Below, piece by piece: positions 1 through 11,092 of a stretch of 64,000 bases of DNA; position 1 is the first letter of the stretch; each line of letters opens with the position of its first letter. Origin of the DNA: Lysobacterales bacterium (lineage in GTDB: Bacteria; Pseudomonadota; Gammaproteobacteria; Xanthomonadales; SZUA-5); contig JALHMH010000006.1 in assembly GCA_022844165.1 (NCBI GenBank), positions 97,676-161,675 of the forward strand, given 5' to 3'. The translations under genes were made by a program, and so were the position numbers. Below the pieces are notes generated by a model, which was not told where the DNA came from, searched no databases, and saw nothing but the letters and a program-made list of their open reading frames with translations.

Positions 1-1208
1 GCCGGAATCGAGCGTGTGGTCCCGAGTCCGAACGCAGCGCCAAGCAAAGTCGATTCGGCTTTGCCCATGCGTATCTGCTCGACTTCCTCGCGGCTCAGTT
101 TGCGCGGCACATTGGGCATTTCATCGGGCATCGGCAGAACGAACAGACCGTCGATGTCCGCGTTCTGCGCAATCAGCGGGCTATGTGTTGTGACGATGAA
201 CTGCAATCTCGGAAAGTGCTTTGTCAGCCAGACGGGAAGCTCGCGTTGCCAGGTGGGATGCAGGTGCGCTTCGATCTCGTCGATCAGCACAACGCCGGGA
301 CGATTGATGATCGGCGTCGCCGAGTCCGGGTCGAACAAATCGGGTCCGAAACAATCCTTGAGGTGACGCAGCAAATCGAGCACCAGCGCGATCACACTTC
401 GACAACCGTCGCTCATGTCATCAAGAGTTATCCGCAATCCTTCGCGCTTTACGAAAACCTGTTCAGATGTAATGTCTTCGATCACGAAACCGGCTGGCAG
501 GAGCCCGTCGCTCAGCAGCGTTTTCACCTGTTCAAGAAATCGACTTGCTGGCGAGTCAGGCCCTTGCTCAAGCATTTGAAACTGATGCTTGCGCAACCAT
601 TCCTCGGCTTCGGTGAGCGAAGCATCCTCGCGGAACAACGTGAGATGACGTCGCAACGCACCAGGCGCTACCGAATCGCGAGCGGCGTCCGGAGAGCTTC
701 CGCTTAGGCGTCGCCAGGGGCCGTAGCCGCAGCAAAACCAGCCTCGAGCGTTTGGATCCCTGGGAGCAGGCGGATCCGCCCCGAAATCCATTACCAGCTT
801 TTGGTCATCACCGTCTGGGCGACGATGGATCTGAACATCTACAAAGCTCGGGACAACGCCGTCAAATCGGAACCAACCAACGCTCAATGAGAGCGACGAC
901 AACCTAGTTTCAGTCGGCGTCGCATCCCGGTAGACATCGTTGTCCACATCAACGACGAGATCCACGCTGGCCACTCCGAGACCAGATCCGTGACGCATCC
1001 AGCCACCCGGGTGCCGCAAAGCTGCGAAACCCTGGCGCGAGCCCATGATGGCCAAGGCAATGAGCTTTAGCACCGTCGACTTGCCGGAGGCATTCCCTCC
1101 AACGAGAACGGTCCAGCCTGCCAGACCGTTCTTATCGTCCTGCCGAAAATCGAACTCGGCCTCCCTGAAACCCTTGATGTTCTCGATTCGCAGGCGCCGA
1201 ACGTACAC
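1..1208 (-). CDS. ABC/AAA-family ATPase (AAA_21/PtuA-like, defence-type), 3' end runs off the window
   Basis: Not in the ORF track because there is no stop in the window. Manual translation from GTG 1208 gives MYVRRLRIENIKGF, Walker A GGNASGKST, GWFCCGYGPWRRLSG, signature LDDMSDG, Walker B VLIDEIEAHLHPTWQ and H-loop FIVTTHSP. Starts 8 bp after the icd stop. Confidence 0.85.
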   Translation of the reverse strand, partial: MYVRRLRIENIKGFREAEFDFRQDDKNGLAGWTVLVGGNASGKSTVLKLIALAIMGSRQGFAALRHPGGWMRHGSGLGVASVDLVVDVDNDVYRDATPTETRLSSLSLSVGWFRFDGVVPSFVDVQIHRRPDGDDQKLVMDFGADPPAPRDPNARGWFCCGYGPWRRLSGSSPDAARDSVAPGALRRHLTLFREDASLTEAEEWLRKHQFQMLEQGPDSPASRFLEQVKTLLSDGLLPAGFVIEDITSEQVFVKREGLRITLDDMSDGCRSVIALVLDLLRHLKDCFGPDLFDPDSATPIINRPGVVLIDEIEAHLHPTWQRELPVWLTKHFPRLQFIVTTHSPLIAQNADIDGLFVLPMPDEMPNVPRKLSREEVEQIRMGKAESTLLGAAFGLGTTRSIP

Positions 1209-1216
1209 GACCTATC

Positions 1217-2518
<1,302 letters not shown>

Positions 2519-2653
2519 CGTCGTACTCCTGGCCAAGAAAAGTTGGTGCGCCGGAATATAGCGCGCCTTGAGCTCTGCTCGGCCTGTCGTCACTCTTCCA
2601 ATTCACGACATCGCCCATACTTAGTGGCTTGACCAGCGCCGCGAGACCCTCCG

Positions 2654-4024
2654 TTGAGTTCTCCCACTTCTTCCAGCACCGCGCCGATCGGCGGTCGCAC
2701 CGAATTGATCGCTTATCTCGCCGATGGCGTTCGACCAGCCAACGAATGGAAGATCGGCACCGAACATGAAAAGTTCGGATTCCGGCTCGACGACCTGCGT
2801 CCGCCCAGCTACGAAGGCGAGCGTGGTATCGGCGTCCTGTTGGAACAAATGGCGCAGCGTTTCGGCTGGCAACGCGCCTACGACGGTGAACATCTGATCG
2901 CCCTGAAGCGCCCCGACGGCAGTTCCGTTACGCTGGAGCCGGCAGGTCAGCTGGAATTGTCCGGCGCGCAATTGTCCAATTTGCACCAAACCTGTTGCGA
3001 AGTTGAGGGTCATCTGCGCGAAGTGCAGGATGTAGCGAAGGACCTGCAGCTCGGATTTCTGGGCATGGGTTTTCAGCCCAAGTGGCGACGCGAGGACATG
3101 CCATGGATGCCCAAGGGCCGCTACAAGCTGATGCGCGCCTATATGCCGACGCGCGGCCAGCTGGGGCTCGACATGATGACGCGAACCTGCACAGTGCAGG
3201 TCAATCTGGATGTGGCATCCGAAGCAGACATGGTCAAGAAGTTTCGCGTGTCGTTGGCGTTACAGGCGATCGCGACTGCGCTCTTCGCGGATTCGCCGTT
3301 TACCCATGGCATGCCGAACGGATTCCAGAGCTACCGCTCACACGTCTGGACCGACACCGATCCGGATCGCACCGGGCTGCTCGATTTTGTCTTCGAAGAC
3401 GGCTTCGGTTACGAGCGTTACGTCGATTACATCCTGGATGTGCCGATGTACTTTGTGTATCGCAACGGCCAGTACCTGGATGCCACCGGGCAGAGCTTTC
3501 GCGATTTTCTCGCGGGCAGATTGCCGGTTCTGCCGGGGCAATTGCCAAATCGGGACGACTTTGCGGACCACCTGACCACGGCATTCCCCGAAGTTCGCCT
3601 GAAACGCTACCTGGAAATGCGCGGTGCCGACAGCGGACCCTGGAATCGTATTTGTGCGCTATCGGCGCTGTGGGTGGGTCTGTTGTACGACGCGACCGCG
3701 CTCGATGCGGCGTGGGATCTTTGCAAAAACTGGACATTGGCCGAACGCCACGCACTGCGCGACGGTGTACCGCGCGACGGTTTTGCGCTGCCATTTCGCG
3801 AAGGCACCGTGCTGGATGTGGCGCGCGAAGTGCTGGCGATTTCCGCCGAAGGACTGCGCCGCCGTGCGCTGCTCAACCGCAACGGTGCGGACGAGCGCAT
3901 CTACCTGGATGCGCTGGTCGAGTTCGTCAGTGCCGGACAATCGCCGGCGAGTCGCAAGCTGGAGCTGTTCCACGGACGCTGGGGCGGCAACATCGATCCG
4001 GTGTTCACAGAGTTTGCGTATTAG
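2654..4024 (+). CDS. gshA: Glutamate--cysteine ligase (GCS2, plant/proteobacterial type)
   Basis: IGTEHEKFGF, LEPAGQLELSGA, TCTVQVNLD, FPEVRLKRYLEMRGAD. TTG start. Confidence 0.93.
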   Translation: MSSPTSSSTAPIGGRTELIAYLADGVRPANEWKIGTEHEKFGFRLDDLRPPSYEGERGIGVLLEQMAQRFGWQRAYDGEHLIALKRPDGSSVTLEPAGQLELSGAQLSNLHQTCCEVEGHLREVQDVAKDLQLGFLGMGFQPKWRREDMPWMPKGRYKLMRAYMPTRGQLGLDMMTRTCTVQVNLDVASEADMVKKFRVSLALQAIATALFADSPFTHGMPNGFQSYRSHVWTDTDPDRTGLLDFVFEDGFGYERYVDYILDVPMYFVYRNGQYLDATGQSFRDFLAGRLPVLPGQLPNRDDFADHLTTAFPEVRLKRYLEMRGADSGPWNRICALSALWVGLLYDATALDAAWDLCKNWTLAERHALRDGVPRDGFALPFREGTVLDVAREVLAISAEGLRRRALLNRNGADERIYLDALVEFVSAGQSPASRKLELFHGRWGGNIDPVFTEFAY

Positions 4025-4044
4025 CAGCAGCACCGATCGCGCGA

Positions 4045-5199
4045 TCAATGCGCCAACGCCTGGCGCAGGTCCTCGATCAGCAGTTCAGGTGCTTCCAGGC
4101 CTATCGACAATCGCACCAGATTCCACGGCACCGGCGCCGATGGCAGATGATCGCCGGACAGTACCACCGCCATCGGCCAGACCAGCGATTCGTGCCCGCC
4201 CCACGAGACCGCCAGCAGGAAGTACTGCAACGCATCGCAGAAGCGCTCGATGTCGGCCAGCCGGTCAGCGCGAAGCGTAAACGACAATAGTCCGGATCCA
4301 CCGCGCATTTGCCGTTTCGCCAGATCTCGTTGCGGATCGTCGCGGTGACCCGGATAGTAAATTCGCTCGACGCGCGGATGGTCCTGCAGGAACTCGATCA
4401 CCTTCACCGCCGTGGCGCAGATGCGATCGAGACGCACCTCTAACGTGCGCAGGCCGCGCAGCATCAGCCACGCTTCGAAGGGTCCGAGGATGGCGCCAAA
4501 GGTCATCAACGGTCCCTTGAATATTTCCCGCAATTGCGCCTCAGCTCCGCAAACAACACCGGCGACGACATCGCTATGCCCGTTCAAATACTTGGTCGCC
4601 GAATGCACGACCAGATCGATGCCCAGGGCAGCGGGTTGTTGTAACAATGGCGAGGCATAGGAGTTGTCGCAGATCGTCAAGATCCCATGCGCTTTGGCGA
4701 TGGCGGCAATCGCTGCCAGGTCCTGCAACTCCATGGTCAGTGAATTCGGGCTTTCCAGCACGATCAAACGCGTCGCGCTGGTGAGTGCGGCGGCGACCTC
4801 GCTCACCTCGCGCGCGTCCACAAAGCGCACAACCATACCGTAGCGCGGTAAGACGTCGCGCAACAATGCCCGCGTCCATGAATATGGCTTTTGGACGGCA
4901 ACGACCTCGTCGCCGGCGCGCAGGAAGGTAAGAACGGTCGCTGCCATGGCCGCAGCGCCGGAGCCGAATACCAACGCATCTTCCGTGCCTTCCAGTGCCG
5001 CGAGTTTGGTGCGCAAAAGCGCAGTCGTCGGATTGTTCCCGCGCGTGTAGAACGGCGCGTCGTATTCGTGCCGTCCCGCCTCCCGCATTGCGGCAACGCT
5101 GGCAAACGCGAAGTTGCTGGTTTCGAAGATCGGCGGCGTCACCGCGCCCTGGTAAGCAGCGCGATCTTCACCTAAGTGATTCAAGATGTGGCTCAACAT
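4045..5199 (-). CDS. Cys/Met metabolism PLP-dependent enzyme (cystathionine gamma-lyase/synthase family)
   Basis: YTRGNNPT, PLP-lysine motif VHSATKYLNGHSDV, LAVSWGGHESL, LVRLSIGLE. Confidence 0.9.
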   Translation of the reverse strand: MLSHILNHLGEDRAAYQGAVTPPIFETSNFAFASVAAMREAGRHEYDAPFYTRGNNPTTALLRTKLAALEGTEDALVFGSGAAAMAATVLTFLRAGDEVVAVQKPYSWTRALLRDVLPRYGMVVRFVDAREVSEVAAALTSATRLIVLESPNSLTMELQDLAAIAAIAKAHGILTICDNSYASPLLQQPAALGIDLVVHSATKYLNGHSDVVAGVVCGAEAQLREIFKGPLMTFGAILGPFEAWLMLRGLRTLEVRLDRICATAVKVIEFLQDHPRVERIYYPGHRDDPQRDLAKRQMRGGSGLLSFTLRADRLADIERFCDALQYFLLAVSWGGHESLVWPMAVVLSGDHLPSAPVPWNLVRLSIGLEAPELLIEDLRQALAH

Positions 5200-5269
5200 G
5201 CTGATCGCCGGAGGTTTCTGGTGCGCTAGCCTCGTGTAGCATGGTGGCATCGGTCAAGAGGCTGGGTTT

Positions 5270-6970
5270 ATGCGCTGGATGTTGTTGGCGGCGACGCTTG
5301 CTGCGAGTTCAACGGCACACGCTGCGATTAGCGGCCGGGTGGTGGACGATGTCACGGATGCGCCAATCGCCGGCGCCATTGTTCGCCAGCAGGCCACAGA
5401 AGGCCCCAGCACGACGACGAACGCGGCAGGCGAGTTCACTCTCAATATCACGCCGGCCGATACCGTGCCATTGGGCGCGGCGCTGCCTTACTCGCACAAA
5501 TCGGCAAACAACTACGTCACCAACATCGGCTTTGGCAGCAACGGCCAGACCAATGTCGAAATCCGCTTGCCAAGACTCCCGGCAACCGCAAACCCGAACT
5601 ACGTGCCCGCCGCCGCCTCGTTGTGCGGCGCCTGCCACAGCGACCAGCACAAACAGTGGCTGACCTCGCGGCATGCGGGTGCGGCGGTGAACACCTGGGT
5701 GCGCGATCTGTTCAGCGGCGACGGTACGCCGGGTGGTAGTGCCGGGTACGTCTTCAAAACCTCGCACGATCCTGGCGAGTCCGGTTTATGTGCCAGCTGC
5801 CACGCGCCGATGCAGGATGTGTTCACGCCGGGGCAGCTGTTGTTCGATGCGATCAATACGCAACCGGGCCTGGACGGCGTCAGTTGCCTGGGTTGCCATC
5901 AGCAGGCGCATGTCGACGCCAGTCGCATCAACGGCATCGCGCACGTCGATGGCAAAGTCAGTTATCGCTTTCCCGACGACAGTGAGCATCCGACCAGTCT
6001 GTACGTGTTCGGGCCATTGCCCGATGTCGAGACTTCGATCATGCGCAATAGCTTTCGGCCGCAGATTTCGCAGTCGATCGCTTGCGCCGGGTGCCATCAA
6101 TACAACCGCCCTGAAAATGGCGCGCCGGGGCAAAATACCTACGCGGAATGGCTGGGCTCGCCGTTTGCGCAACCGGGACCCAATTTCCGGACCTGTCAAT
6201 CGTGCCATATGCCTAACGAGAGTGGCCCGGGACCCATCGCCAGCACCGCAGGGTTCGATCGCCCAGCCAGCCAGCGTCATCGTCACGACTTCATCGGCTC
6301 GACGCCAACAACGCTCACCGGCGCCATATTCTTGCGCGCAACGGCCAACGAAGCGGCAGGCACACTGGTCATCAGTGCCGAGGTTGAGAATCGCGGCGCC
6401 GGGCACTCATTCCCAACGGGCTTTTCGATCCGCAATGCGCTGCTCAGCCTGGATGTGCGCGCCAATGGCCAGCCGTTGCCCCAATCCGGCGGATCAGTGG
6501 TGCCGTTTTATGGCAGCGACGATGTTCCCGGCACGCAGCCGGGCGATCTCGCCGGCCTGCCCGGCAAAGGATTTGCGAAGATCCTCGAAGGCCGCATCAA
6601 CGATCAAGGCCCAGTCGTGCGTCCGGTCATCTTCGTCGACGCCGAACGCGCCAGTGAGGACACGACCATTTCCAGCGGCGAAACAGATCGCAGCACCTAT
6701 ACCTTCTCGCTCGCTGGTATTGCGGCCGGTACGCCGATTACGGTCGATGCCCAGCTGGTTTACCGTCGGGCGTTCCGCGCACTCGCGGTCACCAAGGGCT
6801 GGACCACGACAACCTCCGGTGGGCCGATCGAGATCCTGGTAGGTCGCCAACAGTTGAATCTGGTGGCTCAGGGCACCAGCGCCGTGGGTGTGCCGTTTGT
6901 TGGTCGATTCGCGTTGGTGTTGCTGGGATTGGGCGTGTTGCTCATCGGTCTGTGGGTGACGCGGCGATAG
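5270..6970 (+). CDS. Secreted pentaheme cytochrome c with N-terminal carboxypeptidase-regulatory-like domain and C-terminal IPTL-CTERM-like anchor
   Basis: Signal peptide, ISGRVVDDVTDAPIAGA domain, five CxxCH motifs (CGACH, CASCH, CLGCH, CAGCH, CQSCH), tail VP..ALVLLGLGVLLIGLWVTRR. Confidence 0.82.
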   Translation: MRWMLLAATLAASSTAHAAISGRVVDDVTDAPIAGAIVRQQATEGPSTTTNAAGEFTLNITPADTVPLGAALPYSHKSANNYVTNIGFGSNGQTNVEIRLPRLPATANPNYVPAAASLCGACHSDQHKQWLTSRHAGAAVNTWVRDLFSGDGTPGGSAGYVFKTSHDPGESGLCASCHAPMQDVFTPGQLLFDAINTQPGLDGVSCLGCHQQAHVDASRINGIAHVDGKVSYRFPDDSEHPTSLYVFGPLPDVETSIMRNSFRPQISQSIACAGCHQYNRPENGAPGQNTYAEWLGSPFAQPGPNFRTCQSCHMPNESGPGPIASTAGFDRPASQRHRHDFIGSTPTTLTGAIFLRATANEAAGTLVISAEVENRGAGHSFPTGFSIRNALLSLDVRANGQPLPQSGGSVVPFYGSDDVPGTQPGDLAGLPGKGFAKILEGRINDQGPVVRPVIFVDAERASEDTTISSGETDRSTYTFSLAGIAAGTPITVDAQLVYRRAFRALAVTKGWTTTTSGGPIEILVGRQQLNLVAQGTSAVGVPFVGRFALVLLGLGVLLIGLWVTRR

Positions 6971-8278
6971 TCAGATCGACAGCAATACGATCGCCACTGC
7001 CAGCCCCACCAGCGGCACGATGACCGTTAGCGCGCCGACCGCCGGATAGGCGTCCTTGTGCGTTTCGCCGCAAATCGCGCGAATGGTGGTGACCACGTAG
7101 CCATTGTGCGGCAGTGAGTCCAGCCCGCCCGAGCTGATCGCCACAACCCGATGCAAAGCTTCTGGGTTGACGCCCTGCGCCAAAAAGTGCGGCGCCAACA
7201 ATGGCAAGGCGATCGCCTGACCACCGGAAGCAGAGCCGGTCATGCCGGCGATGACAGCCACCGCAATCGATGCCGCAACCAGTCCATTGCCAGGAATGTG
7301 GGTGACGGCATCCACCATGATTGCAAAGGCCGGCGTCGCTTTCGCGACGGCGCCAAAACCGACCACGGCTGCCGTATTGCCGATCGCGATCAGTGCGCCG
7401 ATCGCACCATCGCCCAGAGCTTTGCCGGCATCGCGAAAGCGCCCGAGCATCAGCATCGCTGTCGACAGGCAACCTCCGAGCAGCGCTACGATCAAGGCTG
7501 ACGTACCGTAGGCCTCGTGCAGCGCGAAGGACACGCCGAGCACAATCAACAACGGAGCGATCGCCAACATCGGGTGGGGTAAATCCTGGCGTTCGACGGT
7601 CGGATCGCTGCTCCGGGCTTCGAAGCGCTCGCCGCGCGCCTTGGCGCGTTTCAGCATCCACGATAACCACCAGCCACCCAGCACCATCATCAGTATCGCT
7701 ACCACCAGACTCGCTTCCCACGCCGCCATATGCGTGGTGCCCAGGTATTGGATGGGTATCCAGTTCTGGATTTCTGGCGAGCCCGCACTGGTCATCGTGA
7801 AGGTGACCGAGCCGAAGGCCAAAGCCGCAGGAATGAAGCGCCGCGGCAAGTCGGCTTCGCGGAACAACGCGACCGCCAGCGGATACACCGAGAACGCAAC
7901 GACAAAAAGGCTGACACCGCCGTAGGTCAACACCGCACAGGCCCCGACCACCGCAAAGGCCGCACGCTTGACGCCGATGCGCAACGTCACCGCGCGCGAG
8001 ACGCTGTCGGCGGCACCCGTGTCCTCCATCAATTTACCGAACAGTGCGCCGAGCAGGAACATCAAAAACCAGTCGGCGACAAACTTCGAAAAGCCCGCCA
8101 TATACCGTGTTGCCAGATCGGTGCCGGCCTCATCGGCCAATGGCGGCAACAAAGGCAGGCCACCGGTGAGCGCAACGATCAGCGCACACAGTGGCGTCGC
8201 GATGAACAAGCTCATGCCGCGAATCGTCAGCACGATCAGCAACGCCAGCCCGCCAATGAGACCCAACATGCTCAGCAT
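6971..8278 (-). CDS. GntP-family permease (possibly D-3-hydroxybutyrate permease)
   Basis: Polytopic membrane protein; FLLGALFGKLMEDTGAA, LTYGGVSLFVVAF, TGSASGG, LDSLPHNGYVVT. Confidence 0.85.
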   Translation of the reverse strand: MLSMLGLIGGLALLIVLTIRGMSLFIATPLCALIVALTGGLPLLPPLADEAGTDLATRYMAGFSKFVADWFLMFLLGALFGKLMEDTGAADSVSRAVTLRIGVKRAAFAVVGACAVLTYGGVSLFVVAFSVYPLAVALFREADLPRRFIPAALAFGSVTFTMTSAGSPEIQNWIPIQYLGTTHMAAWEASLVVAILMMVLGGWWLSWMLKRAKARGERFEARSSDPTVERQDLPHPMLAIAPLLIVLGVSFALHEAYGTSALIVALLGGCLSTAMLMLGRFRDAGKALGDGAIGALIAIGNTAAVVGFGAVAKATPAFAIMVDAVTHIPGNGLVAASIAVAVIAGMTGSASGGQAIALPLLAPHFLAQGVNPEALHRVVAISSGGLDSLPHNGYVVTTIRAICGETHKDAYPAVGALTVIVPLVGLAVAIVLLSI

Positions 8279-8416
8279 CGAGCAACCCCGCAGCGTTTTT
8301 CAGGTGCCGATTCTGTGGACCTTCGCACAGCGCGAATAACTGTACCAACGGACAAGTGTGCATCACTACGAAGACGACTAGGCTCTGCGGCCACGACACA
8401 AAACGGGGAGAACGGT

Positions 8417-10594
8417 ATGCGTCCACAGAAAAACGCGCTGACGCTGGCATTGCTGATGGCGCTGTGTGCACCGCCATTGGTCGCGCAAGAGAGCGCCGCC
8501 GACGAGAGCAAAAACGATGCGCAGCGGCTCGCCGAGATCACGGTCACGGCGCGAAAGCGCGAGGAAACCTTGCAAGAGGTGCCGGTCGCGGTGACGGCGT
8601 TCAGCGCCACCAAACTCGATGAATTGAACGTCGAGGATCTGGGCGATCTGGACGCCTTTGTGCCCAATCTCACGGTGTACGCCGCACGCGGTTCCTCGAG
8701 CACGATTACGGCATACATCCGCGGCGTCGGGCAGGCCGATCCACTGTGGGGTGTCGATCCAGGTGTCGGTATCTACCTGGACGATGTGTACATCGCCCGT
8801 CCGCAAGGTGCGCTGCTCGATGTGTTCGATGTGGAGCGTATCGAAGTGCTGCGAGGACCGCAGGGCACGCTGTACGGCAAGAACACCATCGGCGGCGCCA
8901 TCAAGTACGTGTCCCGGCCGCTTGAAGAGGACTTCTCCGGGCGCGGCAGCATCACCGTCGGCAGTTATAGCCAACGCGATGGGAAAACCAGCTTCAACGT
9001 GCCGCTGGGCGACAGCGGTTTTGTGATTCGCGCCGCTGCGGCCGGCCTGAATCGCGATGGTTATGGCGAAAACTTGATTACCGGCGATGACGTCAGCGAC
9101 AAGAGCATCCTGGCCGGGCGGTTCACGCTCGGCTACATCGGCAGCGACCGGTTCTCGCTCAAGCTGACCGCCGATCGCATCGACGATACGAGCGGGATTC
9201 GCGCGGCGCAAATGCTGGCGCCGAATCGTTTTGCGCCAACGCTGCTGCCACTGGCGTCGCGTTATGACGTACGCAACGGTATGCCGAACATCAACGATAC
9301 CGAGATGGACGGCTACAGTTTGACCCTGGACTACGATTTGAACGATAGCTTCACGATCAAATCCGTGACGGCCTATCGCGAGTCGGAGACCGAGACCAAT
9401 ATCGATTTCGATACGTTGCCGAACATCATCGCCGACGTGAAGGCCTTTTACGCCGACGAACAGTTCAGTCAGGAACTGCAACTAAACTACGACGGCGGCG
9501 GTGCTCTGTCCGCCGTGGCCGGCCTGTACTTTTTCGACGGCAAAGCCGGCGGCACCGTGCTCAATAATTTCTTCAATTTGTCGTTCGGCAACACCAATGG
9601 GGATGTCGATACCGATTCGATCGCCGTGTACGGTGAGGGCACGTATCGCTTCAACGATCAGTGGGCGCTGACCCTGGGCGGACGATTCACTGACGAAGAA
9701 AAGACCGTCGACATTTTCAACCAGACCTTCCGCGATGCGAACTTCACGACGCCGCTGGCGACGGTATCGGACCTCAACGACTCGGTCAGTTTCGAGAACT
9801 TTTCGCCAAAGGTGTCGCTCGACTTTCAGGCGACCGACGACATTCTGCTGTATGGCTTAGCCTCGCGCGGCTTTAAGAGTGGCGGCTTTAACATCCGCGC
9901 CAACATCGCCGCTGTACCAGCCTCAGGGCGGCCGTTCGATGACGAGCAGGTCACCACCGTCGAACTCGGCGCGAAGATGGCGTTCGCCGATCAACGCTGG
10001 TTCTTGAACGCTGCGTACTTCAATAGCGACTACAAAGATATCCAACTGTCGATCTTCACCACGATTCCGAACAGCAATCCGCCCGCATTTTTCGGCGACT
10101 TCACCAACGCCGGCAAAGCCTCAGTGCAAGGTTTGGAGTTGGAATTCTTCGGCCAGCTCACTGATCAGTTGACGCTGCAAGGCAATCTCGCCTGGCTCGA
10201 CGCCGAGTACGACGAGTTCATCAGCGGCGGCGTGGATGTATCGGATGTCCAGAAGTTTACCAACGCGCCCGAGTACTCCGGCGCCATCGCTTTGCAACAC
10301 ACATTGCCACTCGCGTCCGGTGGCGAGATCTACTCGCGGATCTCCTACAGCTACCAGGATGATGTGATTCCGACCACCGATCTGAGCCCGGCCATCGCAC
10401 AAAAGGGCTACGGATTGATCGGTGCCAGCGTGATCTGGCAGGTCGACGATCATTGGCGTGTGAGTCTGGAAGGCAACAATCTGGCCGACGAGGAATATCG
10501 CACCACCGGTTACAACATTCCCGCGTTGGGCATTCTCACCGGCTTTTATGGCCCACCGCGAACCTGGGCCCTGACGGCGAGTTACCAGTTCTGA
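8417..10594 (+). CDS. TonB-dependent receptor
   Basis: Signal peptide, EITVTARKREETLQEVPVAV, ERIEVLRGPQGTLYGKNTIGGAI, terminal Phe. Divergent from the permease. Confidence 0.93.
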   Translation: MRPQKNALTLALLMALCAPPLVAQESAADESKNDAQRLAEITVTARKREETLQEVPVAVTAFSATKLDELNVEDLGDLDAFVPNLTVYAARGSSSTITAYIRGVGQADPLWGVDPGVGIYLDDVYIARPQGALLDVFDVERIEVLRGPQGTLYGKNTIGGAIKYVSRPLEEDFSGRGSITVGSYSQRDGKTSFNVPLGDSGFVIRAAAAGLNRDGYGENLITGDDVSDKSILAGRFTLGYIGSDRFSLKLTADRIDDTSGIRAAQMLAPNRFAPTLLPLASRYDVRNGMPNINDTEMDGYSLTLDYDLNDSFTIKSVTAYRESETETNIDFDTLPNIIADVKAFYADEQFSQELQLNYDGGGALSAVAGLYFFDGKAGGTVLNNFFNLSFGNTNGDVDTDSIAVYGEGTYRFNDQWALTLGGRFTDEEKTVDIFNQTFRDANFTTPLATVSDLNDSVSFENFSPKVSLDFQATDDILLYGLASRGFKSGGFNIRANIAAVPASGRPFDDEQVTTVELGAKMAFADQRWFLNAAYFNSDYKDIQLSIFTTIPNSNPPAFFGDFTNAGKASVQGLELEFFGQLTDQLTLQGNLAWLDAEYDEFISGGVDVSDVQKFTNAPEYSGAIALQHTLPLASGGEIYSRISYSYQDDVIPTTDLSPAIAQKGYGLIGASVIWQVDDHWRVSLEGNNLADEEYRTTGYNIPALGILTGFYGPPRTWALTASYQF

Positions 10595-10667
10595 TCGGGT
10601 GATCGGCTGACGGCGGGTCGCTTGCGACTCGCCGTCCGCTCCTTCACGGTCGCGAAGCCGCCCTGTT

Positions 10668-11006
10668 TCAGATCGCGGCTCGCTCAACGGAAAAACTCTC
10701 ACCGCAGCCGCATTCGCCGGCTACGTTTGGGTTCTTGAACACAAATACTCGGTTCAGTCCCTGACGCGCAAAGTCGATTTGCGTGCCATCCAGCAGCGGC
10801 AGCGCGCTCTTGTCGACGACCACCTTGAGTTCCTCCTGATCGAACACGGCATCGTTATCGCTGGCACCTGTGGCCACGTCCACGGTGTAGGCCCAGCCGC
10901 TGCAGCCAGTCTTGCGCACACCAAAGCGCAGGCCAATGCCGCCTTGTTCGCCAACCATGTACTGACGAACGCGTGAGGCCGCCGCCGGGGTGAGGGTAAT
11001 CGCCAT
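10668..11006 (-). CDS. iscA: Iron-sulfur cluster assembly A-type carrier (IscA/HesB family)
   Basis: [26 protein letters not shown]. Confidence 0.88.
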   Translation of the reverse strand: MAITLTPAAASRVRQYMVGEQGGIGLRFGVRKTGCSGWAYTVDVATGASDNDAVFDQEELKVVVDKSALPLLDGTQIDFARQGLNRVFVFKNPNVAGECGCGESFSVERAAI

Positions 11007-11092
11007 GGGTGTTCTCTCTGTCAAATTGCGCGTTGGCGCCTATTATCCGCGCCTTCACTGTTATGCGGCGTTTTCGCGAAGGATTCAAGGTT

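Noticed and set aside
6870-6970. G/T-rich 3' end of the pentaheme gene as another skew scar
   Set aside because: Explained by Val/Leu/Gly codons of the transmembrane tail.
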